Assembly: GCA_014238155.1 (NCBI GenBank)
Contig: JABABQ010000033.1
Coordinates: 55,538-119,537, forward strand
Direction of reading: 5' to 3'
DNA length: 64,000 nt
Source: Rhizobiaceae bacterium
GTDB lineage: Bacteria; Pseudomonadota; Alphaproteobacteria; Rhizobiales; Rhizobiaceae
Notes under the pieces: model-generated
Seen by the model: the letters and a program-made list of their open reading frames with translations, nothing else
The model's database searches: none
What the model was told of the DNA's origin: nothing
Position numbers and translations under genes: made by a program
Shown here: piece after piece, positions 1 to 9,549 of the stretch
Layout: each line of letters opens with the position of its first letter
How positions within the stretch are numbered: position 1 is the first letter of the stretch

Positions 1-1
1 G

Positions 2-961
2 ATCGTCGACCAAGGCCCCACGGGGTCAATTCTTCGGGCCAAAAAACATGCCTACACTGCCCAGTTGGCGGAAGCTTCCAGCCATATTCCCGAGCGCAGC
101 CAGCCACCCGTACTCAGCGAATTGGCAACCGAAGCCGGGCTCGCACCGCTCATCTGTGGCCGCCAGTTGATCCGCGACTATCCGACCAAACGCTCAAACC
201 TGTTCACCCCGGCAAAACCATTCCGCGCCGTCGATGGTGTTGATGTCACGGTTTATCCGGGCCAGACCATGGGGCTTGTTGGAGAATCCGGATGCGGCAA
301 ATCCACCCTCGCCCGTATGTTGCTTGCCCTCGATCCACCAACCAGCGGGTCGATCCGGTTCAACGATCTGGAACTGACCACCGCCACGGTGGACGAGTTA
401 CAGGCCGCCCGGCGCAATATTCAGGTTGTCTTTCAGGACCCGTTTTCAAGTTTCAATCCGCGGCACAAGGTCGAACGACTTGTCGCCGAACCGCTCTATC
501 TGGAGCCCGGTCTGAGCGTCGCCGAAAAGCAAAACCGCGTTGTTGCAGCTTTGGAAGAGGTCGGTCTGCAGGCGTCAGCCCTGTCGAAATATCCCCACCA
601 GTTTTCCGGCGGGCAGCGTCAGCGTCTCGCCATTGCCCGCGCCCTTATCACCCGCCCTGCTCTGATTATTGCCGATGAACCGGTATCAGCACTTGATGTT
701 TCAATTCGAGCACAAGTGCTGGATCTGTTGACAGAACTTCGCGAACGGCTCGGATTGGCCTACATTTTCATCAGCCACGACCTATCTGTGGTAAAAGCTC
801 TGTGCGACGAGGTGCTTGTGATGGACACAGGCCGCATTGTAGAGCATGGAAATGCCAGTGACATATTCGACAACCCCCAATCTGCCGCTGCAAAAATGTT
901 GGTTGAAGCAACGCCCGATCTTGAGCGCGCGCTTCAAAACCGGCCATCAGGTTCCAGATAA
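2..961 (+). CDS. ABC transporter ATP-binding protein of the peptide/nickel (Dpp/Opp) type. It is 5'-truncated by the window edge and is probably the second ATPase domain of a fused two-domain protein.
   Basis: The frame is open from base 2. Walker A GESGCGKST, signature FSGGQRQRLAIARAL, Walker B LIIADEPVSALD, H-loop ISHDL. Residues before nt 65 (KKHAYTAQL) resemble the HPYT-type C-terminal motif of a preceding ATPase domain. Confidence 0.85.
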   Translation: MVDQGPTGSILRAKKHAYTAQLAEASSHIPERSQPPVLSELATEAGLAPLICGRQLIRDYPTKRSNLFTPAKPFRAVDGVDVTVYPGQTMGLVGESGCGKSTLARMLLALDPPTSGSIRFNDLELTTATVDELQAARRNIQVVFQDPFSSFNPRHKVERLVAEPLYLEPGLSVAEKQNRVVAALEEVGLQASALSKYPHQFSGGQRQRLAIARALITRPALIIADEPVSALDVSIRAQVLDLLTELRERLGLAYIFISHDLSVVKALCDEVLVMDTGRIVEHGNASDIFDNPQSAAAKMLVEATPDLERALQNRPSGSR

Positions 962-975
962 TCAAAGGATGGAAA

Positions 976-2163
976 ATGAACAGCAAAATTGACTATCCGT
1001 CAGAATATGACAATTCCTCGCGCGTTGAAAATGCCGATCAGCTGATCGACAAATACATCTCTGACGCTGCCATCTATCGCCAGTTCGCCGCCCAGCGAAG
1101 CCAGCTGGATATGGCCTATGGCAATGGCGAACGTAACAAAATGGACATTTTCTGGCCCGACAGTTCGGCTGGACAGGAACGCAAAAGCCCCATGGCCATG
1201 TTCATACACGGTGGTTATTGGCATCGCATGGACCGGTCTTGTTTCAGCCATCTCTCGGCTGGTTTGAATGCCCACGGAATTGCCGTGGCGATACCGTCCT
1301 ACACGCTGTGTCCGCACATCAAGGTCGGCGGCATCATCAATGAACTGCGGCGCGCCTGCCTGATTTTATATCAAACCTTTCATCGGCCAATCACCGTATT
1401 GGGTCATTCAGCGGGCGGTCACCTTGCAGCTTGCGTGATGGCCACCGAATGGCAAAAAATCCATTCCCAGCTACCGCTCGACCTGGTTGCTTCAGGCATG
1501 GGGATTTCCGGGCTCTACGATCTCATGCCGCTCCTCAAAACCCCGATAAACAACGTCCTCGACATGGATGAAAAGCAGGCCGAATCTGCCAGTCCCATTC
1601 GCTGGGTGCCCGAAGCCATGCAGCAGTTTGAAGCCTGGGTGGGCAGTGAAGAATCGGGCGAATATCACCGCCAGAGTCGGGAACTGGCGGACCACTGGAG
1701 CCTGCTTGGCACGCCAACATATTATGTTTCTGTTGCCGGCGCGAACCACTTCACCATTGTCGATGAGCTGGTCCAACCCGACAGCCCCATGGTGAAACGC
1801 CTGGTTAAATTGGTGGAACAACCAAGAAGTGATTTTGACCTGCCTGAAGTCGATGAGGCAGAAGTCGATAGGTTGATGAATCAGTTCATTGAGGCATCCA
1901 CTGCTTCCGACAGCGGCGACGATGAAAGCGACGGCGACGGCGACGGCGACGATGAAAGCGACGGCGGGGACGATGGAGATGAGCGCGACTGGGGTGAGAA
2001 ACTTCAACCTCTCAGCGAAGACCGATCTTCAATTGAGGCGGATAGTGATAAACCACACAGGCTCACCATTCCCGAAGAATTGGATGAGTCAGCCGAAAAA
2101 CACCCAGAGCAGTCCGCAAAAGCCAATCAGGCAGATACAGCATCGAAGAAAAAGGCTGAGTGA
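976..2163 (+). CDS. alpha/beta hydrolase (esterase/arylformamidase-like) with a long acidic C-terminal tail
   Basis: HGGYW oxyanion-hole motif, GHSAGGHL nucleophile elbow and a late His (GANHF). The last ~110 aa are D/E/G/S-rich low complexity. Confidence 0.75.
   Translation: MNSKIDYPSEYDNSSRVENADQLIDKYISDAAIYRQFAAQRSQLDMAYGNGERNKMDIFWPDSSAGQERKSPMAMFIHGGYWHRMDRSCFSHLSAGLNAHGIAVAIPSYTLCPHIKVGGIINELRRACLILYQTFHRPITVLGHSAGGHLAACVMATEWQKIHSQLPLDLVASGMGISGLYDLMPLLKTPINNVLDMDEKQAESASPIRWVPEAMQQFEAWVGSEESGEYHRQSRELADHWSLLGTPTYYVSVAGANHFTIVDELVQPDSPMVKRLVKLVEQPRSDFDLPEVDEAEVDRLMNQFIEASTASDSGDDESDGDGDGDDESDGGDDGDERDWGEKLQPLSEDRSSIEADSDKPHRLTIPEELDESAEKHPEQSAKANQADTASKKKAE
1915..1966 (+). repeat. 22-bp direct repeat (ggcgacgatgaaagcgacggcg, two copies with 30-bp period) bridged by gacggc hexamers, inside the hydrolase tail
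   Basis: Identical copies read at 1915-1936 and 1945-1966. They encode the repeated GDDESDG units. Confidence 0.9.
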
Positions 2164-3072
2164 CTTCTCAACATCCGCAGGTCGCGCAATATCGCGTCCT
2201 TCCCAATACAGAAACTCTGCTTCAATCTGCTCACTGCCATAAGATCTTGGCCCGCCCAAAGACAGGTTAAGAGCGGCTGCAAAACTTGTCTCCGGCCAAC
2301 CCGCATTGGGAGAACGATGCGATCGCGCGTCACGCAAGGTGGCCGTCCAGACATTACCAGCTGCCCTGCTTCCTCTGGCAGCAGCGACTGAAATCACCAC
2401 AAGGACTGTTGAAAGCCGCGCCGCCGGCCAGTTCATCCAATCATCAAGTTTCGCAGCGGGCTTGCCGAAAAATTCAAACCTCTCGTCGCGATGACCGATC
2501 ATCGAGTCCGCGGTATTGACGGCCTTGCAGAACAGCAATCCCGGCAGACCTGCAATCGCATACCATAAGGCCGGGGCGACCACGCCATCTGAAAAATTTT
2601 CTGCCAGACTTTCAATTGCTGCCTTGCAGACACCGGATTCGTCCAGCTTCGACACATCGCGCCCGACAATCTGCGCAACGGCGGTTCGGGCACCTGACAG
2701 GCCAAGAGACCGAAATGCCTGCGTCACCCGAGATACGTGATCGTAAAGGCTTTTTTGCGCCAGCAGGACCACAACGATTGCCAGTTCAAGAATCCAGCCG
2801 AGCCAGCCCAGCGACGAGACCAGTTTCCCCAGGCCGAGAGAGATCAGTAAAAATACGCCAAGCAGCAAACCGCCCATGATGATTTCAACATTGTCGCGGT
2901 TTTTGATCCCAAGCTTTTCTGCAATGTTGTGCACAACGTCCCGGTCACGCAACTTGTCAAACCAATCGACAAGTCTGCCAAACCAGACAACCGGATGTGG
3001 CACACGTCGCCAAGCCCAGTCCGGGTCGCCAACAAAACCGTCAATCAGCAATGCCAGGGTCAGCAAACCCAT
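2089..3072 (-). CDS. cbiB: adenosylcobinamide-phosphate synthase (CbiB/CobD family membrane protein)
   Basis: N-terminus LLIDGFVGDPDWAWRRVPHPVVWFGRL and several hydrophobic segments typical of CbiB. Lies in a cob gene context. Confidence 0.9.
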   Translation of the reverse strand: MGLLTLALLIDGFVGDPDWAWRRVPHPVVWFGRLVDWFDKLRDRDVVHNIAEKLGIKNRDNVEIIMGGLLLGVFLLISLGLGKLVSSLGWLGWILELAIVVVLLAQKSLYDHVSRVTQAFRSLGLSGARTAVAQIVGRDVSKLDESGVCKAAIESLAENFSDGVVAPALWYAIAGLPGLLFCKAVNTADSMIGHRDERFEFFGKPAAKLDDWMNWPAARLSTVLVVISVAAARGSRAAGNVWTATLRDARSHRSPNAGWPETSFAAALNLSLGGPRSYGSEQIEAEFLYWEGRDIARPADVEKSLSLFLRCCICLIGFCGLLWVFFG

Positions 3073-3369
3073 AATCGTTGCGCCTTCAAACTGGAGTCCT
3101 GGCTAGGGTCAGGGCCCATTAATCTGATGTATTCTGCGGTGGTGAATTTTGTTGCTGGCAAGGAGCAGAGACGCAGGAAACCTGTTGGTTTTCAAGGTTC
3201 TGTGACGATGTCCAGCGGCGAAATTCACCCCGCCCAAAGGGTTGGACATGTCACGCCCGCCTAAAGCAAACCAATGCTCGAAAGGACCACCAGTCCTTGC
3301 TTGCGCTTGTTTTACTTTATTCGAACGTGTCATGACCAACAGAATACACCAAATTAATGAGTCCTGACC

Positions 3370-4395
3370 CTAGAATCTGGCCAGGGCCCTGTCCAACTTA
3401 TTGAATTGGGTGCGACCGTTGGGCAAGCCGATTCTCAACCAATCGGGCTTACCAGAAAATGGTCGCGTCAGAATGTGGGCATTGGCCAGATGGGCCCACA
3501 ATTCTTCCGCCTTGTCATGCCTGATCAGAACAAATAGCAGTGTTCCACCAAGAACCTCAATGCTGTGTTTTTCCAGCACTGCTGCAAGTTTCTGCCGGGC
3601 ATTTGTCAGTTTTCGGAAATTGCGTTTTTGCCAAGTCTGGTCCCGCATTGCCTTTTCGGCAATCGCAAGGGCCGGACCGGATACCGCCCATGGTCCCAAC
3701 CTTTGATCCAGTCGCGTTGCGATGGAAGGAGTTGTCAAGCCGACACCAAAGCGAACACCTGCAAGTCCGAAAAACTTACCCAGGGAGCGCATCACAAACA
3801 GCCCATCACGCCCCGCCTCACCAGCAATCGAATGTTCCGGCAGCACGTCTGCAAAACTTTCATCGACAATCAACAGCCCGCCCTTTGCGGCCAGTCGCCG
3901 GGCCAGCAGGCTTAGTTCATTGCGTTCAAACACACGCCCATCGGGATTATTGGGATTAACGACAATGACAATTCTGGCGGTTGCTTCGGCACTGTTGAGA
4001 CCGTCGGTCATATAGACTTCATGGCCTGCCCTTTGCCAGCACACACCATGTTCCTGATAGGTAAAACCGACAATCGCTATTGGCTGTGGCTTGTACAGAT
4101 ACGGCAATGTCTGAATATGCATCTGGGAACCGGGTGCCAGCGAAATTCCGGCAGTCTCATCAACTCCGTAACAAGACCGGACCGCTTGGCAGGTTTGCTC
4201 CACGGCGTGCTCGTCAGGCAATTCGGTCCAGGCTGAATTGGCTATTTCAGGCACAGGATAGGCATGGGGATTGATGCCGGTTGAAAGGTCGACCCAACGC
4301 TCGCGCTGGCCTCCAAACTGTGCCACCGCCTCATCCAGTCGGCCACCATGAGCAACTTCATTCATACCCTTTGTTCCATGCATAGATTCCCTCAA
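3370..4395 (-). CDS. cobD: L-threonine-O-3-phosphate decarboxylase (CobD in Salmonella naming, CobC in Pseudomonas denitrificans naming). The start may be one of the internal Met codons.
   Basis: Class I/II aminotransferase fold motifs (VVNPNNPDG, SLGKFFGLAGVRFG with the PLP lysine). Sits between cobB and cbiB. Confidence 0.8.
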   Translation of the reverse strand: MRESMHGTKGMNEVAHGGRLDEAVAQFGGQRERWVDLSTGINPHAYPVPEIANSAWTELPDEHAVEQTCQAVRSCYGVDETAGISLAPGSQMHIQTLPYLYKPQPIAIVGFTYQEHGVCWQRAGHEVYMTDGLNSAEATARIVIVVNPNNPDGRVFERNELSLLARRLAAKGGLLIVDESFADVLPEHSIAGEAGRDGLFVMRSLGKFFGLAGVRFGVGLTTPSIATRLDQRLGPWAVSGPALAIAEKAMRDQTWQKRNFRKLTNARQKLAAVLEKHSIEVLGGTLLFVLIRHDKAEELWAHLANAHILTRPFSGKPDWLRIGLPNGRTQFNKLDRALARF

Positions 4396-4403
4396 ATTCC
4401 GGC

Positions 4404-5702
4404 TTATGTCTGGTCAATCAGATGCAGATACGAGCCTGCCACATTCCCGCTGACCATTCCACAGGGGCCAAGATCCTCTCCCCTGGCATCTTGCGCTGAA
4501 AACAGCGCCAGACTGTCTGCTTGCCGCACGATTGTTGAATAGTGAAACTCATGGGCCATCAAAACTTTGCCCATCGGTGCAAATGGCAGTGCCTGAAGTG
4601 GTGTTGCCCGTCGATATCCCAGATGAAGTTTGGGCTTTCCAAAACTGGTGATCAACGGCAATAATTTGGCCATTTGATGACCCTGCCCATCTGCATCAAT
4701 TAAGGCCTCCCCCAAAACCATGTAGCCACCGCATTCGCCGTAGACCAAAGCCCCGCGACCGGCCGCCAGCTTCAATCCGTCCTTGAACTCGTGATTTTCT
4801 GCCAGCTTCGCACCATGAAGTTCCGGATAGCCTCCCGGCAGGTAGACCGCATCACAATCTGCTTGTGGTACTTCATTATTGAGCGGTGAAAAGAAGTGTA
4901 TTTCTGCGCCCAGCGACCGCCACCCCGCCAACAGGTGCGGATAGAGAAAGGCAAATGCGTCGTCGCGGGCGACGCTGATGCGCTGCCCCAATGGTGGCAA
5001 TGAGGAAACATCGGTCGACACTTCACCGCGCATTGAACGCGGAAGCTGTAATAACGCGTGAAGATCGACCGAATCATTCATCACATCAGCTGCACCATCC
5101 AAAAATCCCTCCAGGTCGCTGTGTTCCCTCGCCTGTACCAGTCCCAGATGTCGTGACTTTTGCTGCAGCCGGTCATCGCGCAGCACACAGCCCAGCACCG
5201 GCATGTCGATATTTGCCAGCGCCTCCCGCAACATCATCTCATGACGGGAACTGCCGACTTTGTTCAATATGACCCCAGCCATTTTCAAATTGTCGCGGTG
5301 ATCACGAAAGCCTGCCACCAGCGCAGCGATTGAATGGGACTGCCTTGCAGCATCTACCACCAGAACAACCGGCAAGCCCAGCATCTGCGCCAGGTCCGCT
5401 GCCGAACCGCGTCCATCAGCACCGCCGTCAAACAGCCCCATCATACCTTCGACCACCAACAATTTATCGCGTTCAGCTGCCAGATGCAGGATCAAATCCT
5501 CACGCATCGCCCAGGGATCAAGATTGACGCATGTGCCACCGGTCGCCGCGCTGTGAAAGGCCGGATCGATGAAGTCTGGCCCCGCCTTGGCCGACTGGAC
5601 GGCGTGGCCGGCTCGACGCAACGCTCTCAACAAGCCCAGCGTAATCGTGGTTTTTCCGCTGCCGGAGTGAGGTGCGGCAATGACAAACCCGCCAGCCATC
5701 AA
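4404..5702 (-). CDS. cobB: cobyrinic acid a,c-diamide synthase
   Basis: N-terminal P-loop APHSGSGKTT, C-terminal glutamine amidotransferase part (ECGGYMVLG), about 430 aa. Confidence 0.9.
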   Translation of the reverse strand: MMAGGFVIAAPHSGSGKTTITLGLLRALRRAGHAVQSAKAGPDFIDPAFHSAATGGTCVNLDPWAMREDLILHLAAERDKLLVVEGMMGLFDGGADGRGSAADLAQMLGLPVVLVVDAARQSHSIAALVAGFRDHRDNLKMAGVILNKVGSSRHEMMLREALANIDMPVLGCVLRDDRLQQKSRHLGLVQAREHSDLEGFLDGAADVMNDSVDLHALLQLPRSMRGEVSTDVSSLPPLGQRISVARDDAFAFLYPHLLAGWRSLGAEIHFFSPLNNEVPQADCDAVYLPGGYPELHGAKLAENHEFKDGLKLAAGRGALVYGECGGYMVLGEALIDADGQGHQMAKLLPLITSFGKPKLHLGYRRATPLQALPFAPMGKVLMAHEFHYSTIVRQADSLALFSAQDARGEDLGPCGMVSGNVAGSYLHLIDQT

Positions 5703-5704
5703 CG

Positions 5705-6559
5705 TCAGGCGCTCTTTGAAATCTGACGGGTTCCCAATGGATCTTTTTCCAGGACCCTACCCTCCAATGCCCCCAGCCAGTCGAGCGCTGCCCGCAACCG
5801 GACAACTTCTCCCAACACGACGATCGCCGGAGGCGCGAGGCCGAGTGCTTCCAGATCGCCGATATTCCCGAGCGTCGTTTCGTAAACCTGCATATCTTTT
5901 GTTGTCGCATTGCAGACAAATGCAATGGGTTCGTCGCCACTGCGACCGGCATCGATCAATTTACGGGCAATATTGTGGGCGTGTTTCATGGCCATATACA
6001 TGACAATCACCGGCGACCCCTTGGCAATGCTGGGCCAGTCAATCGCATCCGGCACGACCCCGCCGGCATCATGGCCGGTCAGGAAAGTAACATTTTGATT
6101 GGTATCACGGTGGGTGACAGGAATGCCTGCATAAGCCAGCCCGCCAATTCCCGCTGAAATGCCCGGAATAATCCGAAACGGCACATCATGCTCTACCAGT
6201 GTCAGCGCCTCTTCTCCGCCACGCCCGAAAACGAAGGGATCGCCGCCCTTTAGCCGACAAACACGGTTACCGGCCTGTGCAAGTTCGACAAGTCGCAGCG
6301 AAATATCTCTTTGACTGGCAGACGGTTTTCCACCGCGTTTTCCGGCATATTCCAGAAGCGTCTCCGGTTTTGCCAATCCCAGTATCTGGTCATTGACCAG
6401 CGCGTCATAAATCACGACATCAGCGGATTGAAGTGCGTTGACTGCATGTAACGTCAACAGGCCCGGATCCCCCGGCCCAGCCCCCACGAGCCAGACCCAG
6501 CCTGGATCAAATTTCGGTAAATTGTGGATTGCAGATGTCATGTCGGAAATATGCGCCAA
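5705..6559 (-). CDS. cobA: uroporphyrinogen-III C-methyltransferase (SUMT)
   Basis: VWLVGAGPGDPGLLTLHA and VCRLKGGDPFVFGRGGEE motifs of the tetrapyrrole methylase family. Confidence 0.9.
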   Translation of the reverse strand: MAHISDMTSAIHNLPKFDPGWVWLVGAGPGDPGLLTLHAVNALQSADVVIYDALVNDQILGLAKPETLLEYAGKRGGKPSASQRDISLRLVELAQAGNRVCRLKGGDPFVFGRGGEEALTLVEHDVPFRIIPGISAGIGGLAYAGIPVTHRDTNQNVTFLTGHDAGGVVPDAIDWPSIAKGSPVIVMYMAMKHAHNIARKLIDAGRSGDEPIAFVCNATTKDMQVYETTLGNIGDLEALGLAPPAIVVLGEVVRLRAALDWLGALEGRVLEKDPLGTRQISKSA

Positions 6560-6615
6560 ACTGCGTCTGAAAACCAGCGCTTTTACGTCTCGCTGATGTC
6601 GCCTATAAGCCAGTT

Positions 6616-7719
6616 ATGGAGAGCTCACGCGAACAAAAACCAAATACCCCATTACGCCGTGGCTGGACCACGGGTGCCTGTGCAACAGCCGCCACCAAGG
6701 CTGCACTAACCGCATTGGTTACCGGGGAATTTCCAGACCCGGTGGAAATAATTCTGCCCAAGGGAGAAACCCCAAACTTTGCTCTTTGTTTTGAATCACT
6801 CAACGATAGTGGCGCCTATGCGGGCATTGTAAAAGATGCTGGTGATGACCCTGATGTAACCCACGGCGCAACCATAATTGCCCATGTGGTTCCCCTGCCG
6901 CAGGGCTCAGGCGTGGTCTTTGCCGCTGGTGAAGGGGTTGGCACCGTGAGCAAAGCCGGATTGGCCATTTCGCCAGGCGAAGCTGCCATTAATCCTGTGC
7001 CCCGTCAGATGATGTGCGACGTGGTCGGGGAAATTTGCGCCGAGCACATGTTGCCGCCAGATTTAAAGATTACCATTAGTGTTCCAGGCGGTGAAGACCT
7101 TGCAAAACAGACCTGGAACCCCCGATTGGGCATTCTCGGTGGCATTTCCATTCTTGGGACGACCGGTATCGTCCATCCATTTTCCTGCTCGGCGTGGATT
7201 CATTCAATCCACCGAGGCATTGATGTGGCCCGTGCGGCGAACTTTCAACGGGTGGTTGGTGCAACCGGGTCGACCTCAGAAGATGTTGCACAAAAGCTTT
7301 ATCAACTGCCGGAAACAGCCCTGCTCGACATGGGTGATTTTGCCGGTGGCCTGTTGAAATATCTGCGCAAACACCCGGTGCCAAACCTGACCATCGCCGG
7401 TGGTTTTGCCAAATTGACAAAACTTGCCCAAGGAGCGCTGGACCTCCATTCAGGCCGTAGTCAGGTCGATTTCCAATGGTTGGCAGACCAAGTTGAACTA
7501 CTGCATGAAACACCGTTGAATCAAAATATTAAGAAGCAGATTCTGAATGCCAATACGGCCGCCGAAGTGCTTGAATTGACTCAGAATATGGACATTGACA
7601 TGGCCGAACAGGTTGCTCGATTAGCACAAAAGTCGGCGCAAGGCGTGTTGCGAGATGCGGCTGTCTCGGTGGAAATTCTTGTCGTCAGCCGAAACGGGGT
7701 AATTCTGGCACGTGTTTGA
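6616..7719 (+). CDS. cbiD: cobalt-precorrin-5B (C1)-methyltransferase CbiD
   Basis: LRRGWTTGACATAATKAAL N-terminal signature, GGISILGTTGIVHPFS, about 367 aa. Confidence 0.9.
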   Translation: MESSREQKPNTPLRRGWTTGACATAATKAALTALVTGEFPDPVEIILPKGETPNFALCFESLNDSGAYAGIVKDAGDDPDVTHGATIIAHVVPLPQGSGVVFAAGEGVGTVSKAGLAISPGEAAINPVPRQMMCDVVGEICAEHMLPPDLKITISVPGGEDLAKQTWNPRLGILGGISILGTTGIVHPFSCSAWIHSIHRGIDVARAANFQRVVGATGSTSEDVAQKLYQLPETALLDMGDFAGGLLKYLRKHPVPNLTIAGGFAKLTKLAQGALDLHSGRSQVDFQWLADQVELLHETPLNQNIKKQILNANTAAEVLELTQNMDIDMAEQVARLAQKSAQGVLRDAAVSVEILVVSRNGVILARV

Positions 7720-8386
7720 AAAAATTCTGATCCTGGGCGGCACCAAAGAAGCCGCCGAATTGGCGAAATCGCTGGTGCGAGATGGGCATCAGGTGATTAC
7801 CTCGCTTGCCGGGCGCACGCGTGAGCCCAATCCGGTCGCCGGAAAAACCCGTGTCGGAGGATTTGGTGGTGCTGAAAAACTTGCCGTCTGGATTGTCGAA
7901 AACGCCATCGATCGGGTTATCGATTCAACCCACCCTTTTGCCACCCGGATTTCAGAAAATGCCTGCGCAGCCTGCAAAATTGCCGGTGTACCTTTGCAAC
8001 ACAACACCCGCCAGCCCTGGCAGCAGAAACCGCAAGATATCTGGCACCCGGTAGATACGCCAGATCAGGCAGCATCTGCTGTTCCGCCCGCTGCTCGCGT
8101 CTTGCTGGCACTTGGTTCTCAACATCTTGAAGCATTTGCCAGCCGCAACGACGTTCATTTCGTGGTGCGCATGGTGGATACACCTCCAGCGCCACTCAAA
8201 TTACCAGATTATGCGCTGATCGTCGGTCGCCCTCCCCCCGACTGGCAGCAGGAGGTGGAATTATTGAAACAGCACTCGATATCCCACATCGTCTGCCGCA
8301 ATTCCGGTGGCAGTGGCGCTTATGCCAAGATTATTGCAGCCAGGGAGTTGGCAATCCCGGTTATCATCATCAAGATGCCCCAATGA
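7712..8386 (+). CDS. cobK: precorrin-6A / cobalt-precorrin-6A reductase
   Basis: KILILGGTKEAAELAKSL N-terminus and C-terminal CRNSGG motif. GTG start overlaps the cbiD stop by 8 nt. Confidence 0.85.
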   Translation: MFEKILILGGTKEAAELAKSLVRDGHQVITSLAGRTREPNPVAGKTRVGGFGGAEKLAVWIVENAIDRVIDSTHPFATRISENACAACKIAGVPLQHNTRQPWQQKPQDIWHPVDTPDQAASAVPPAARVLLALGSQHLEAFASRNDVHFVVRMVDTPPAPLKLPDYALIVGRPPPDWQQEVELLKQHSISHIVCRNSGGSGAYAKIIAARELAIPVIIIKMPQ

Positions 8387-9543
8387 GCGCTGCGCCAATC
8401 ATTTCAATTGATCCCCGGAAATTCTGGCACGACCCCTATCCGACATTGGCAAAAATGCGCGCCAATACTCCGATTTGCTTTGTCCCGGAACTCAACGCCA
8501 CCTTGATGGTCAAGCGCGACGACATATTCACCTGCGAGAAGAATGTTGCGGTGTTTTCCTCCGACCAGCCCGGAGGATTGATGACGGTGCTGATGGGTGA
8601 GAACATGATGCGCAAGGATGGCGATGCCCACATGCTGGAACGGCGGCAATGTTTTCCGGCCCTGTCGCCGCGCACCGTGCGCGACGTCTGGAAAGCCCAA
8701 TTCCAGGCCGACGCCGAGGCGGTGATCGCCGATATTGCAAAATCACAAGCCTGCGATCTCGTTCAGGATTTCGCACTGCCGGTGTCAGCTCACGCCTTGC
8801 GTCACATTACTGGCCTGACCTGTATGACTGCTGCTGAAATGGATGCCGCTTCCCAGGGCATGATTGACGGCGTGGGCAATTATGGCGGTGATGGAAAAAT
8901 CGAAAAGCGCTGCCATTTCGCAACCGCACTGGTGGATCAGGCAATTGACACCATGCTGCCAAAACTGCAGCAGAAACCAAATCATAGTCTGCTCGGCGTA
9001 CTAGCCCAGACCGATCAGCCAATGGACAGCATCCGGGCCAATATAAAGCTGGCGATCAGCGGTGGTCAAAACGAGCCACGCGATGCGATTGCGGGCTGCA
9101 TCTGGGCCCTGCTGACCCATCGAGACCAGCTTCAGAACATTCTTGCAGGTACCAACAGCTGGGTTGATGCATTTGAGGAATATGCCCGCTGGATTTCTCC
9201 AATTGGCATGTCGCCGCGCCGCATTGCGCAGGATTACCAATGGAATGGTGTATTGCTGGAAGCAGAGCAGCGCCTGTTCTTCATGTTCGGTTCGGCCAAT
9301 CGCGACGAGGATATATTCTGTGACCCGCAGTTGTTTGACATCACCCGCAACACCTCAAAGGCGATATCATTTGGCGCTGGCCCACATTTTTGCGCCGGGG
9401 CTGCAGCATCCCGCTGCCTGATTGCCGAGATTGCCCTGCCAATGCTGTTTGACGCATTCCCAGATATTCAACTGGCCGGTGACGCGCCATTTGGCGGATG
9501 GGCCTTTCGGGGCCCACTGAAAGTGCCAGTGGCGCTCAACTAA
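8383..9543 (+). CDS. cytochrome P450
   Basis: Heme-thiolate loop FGAGPHFCAGAAASR and ExxR (EEYARW). The I-helix region reads AISGGQNEPRDA, without the usual acid-Thr pair. ATGA start/stop overlap with cobK. Confidence 0.85.
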   Translation: MSAAPIISIDPRKFWHDPYPTLAKMRANTPICFVPELNATLMVKRDDIFTCEKNVAVFSSDQPGGLMTVLMGENMMRKDGDAHMLERRQCFPALSPRTVRDVWKAQFQADAEAVIADIAKSQACDLVQDFALPVSAHALRHITGLTCMTAAEMDAASQGMIDGVGNYGGDGKIEKRCHFATALVDQAIDTMLPKLQQKPNHSLLGVLAQTDQPMDSIRANIKLAISGGQNEPRDAIAGCIWALLTHRDQLQNILAGTNSWVDAFEEYARWISPIGMSPRRIAQDYQWNGVLLEAEQRLFFMFGSANRDEDIFCDPQLFDITRNTSKAISFGAGPHFCAGAAASRCLIAEIALPMLFDAFPDIQLAGDAPFGGWAFRGPLKVPVALN

Positions 9544-9549
9544 TGCCGT

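Noticed and set aside
3109-3339. 76-aa ORF in the cobD-cbiB spacer
   Set aside because: It has no SD, a basic low-complexity composition and no family resemblance. The region is better explained as structured non-coding RNA (see finding).
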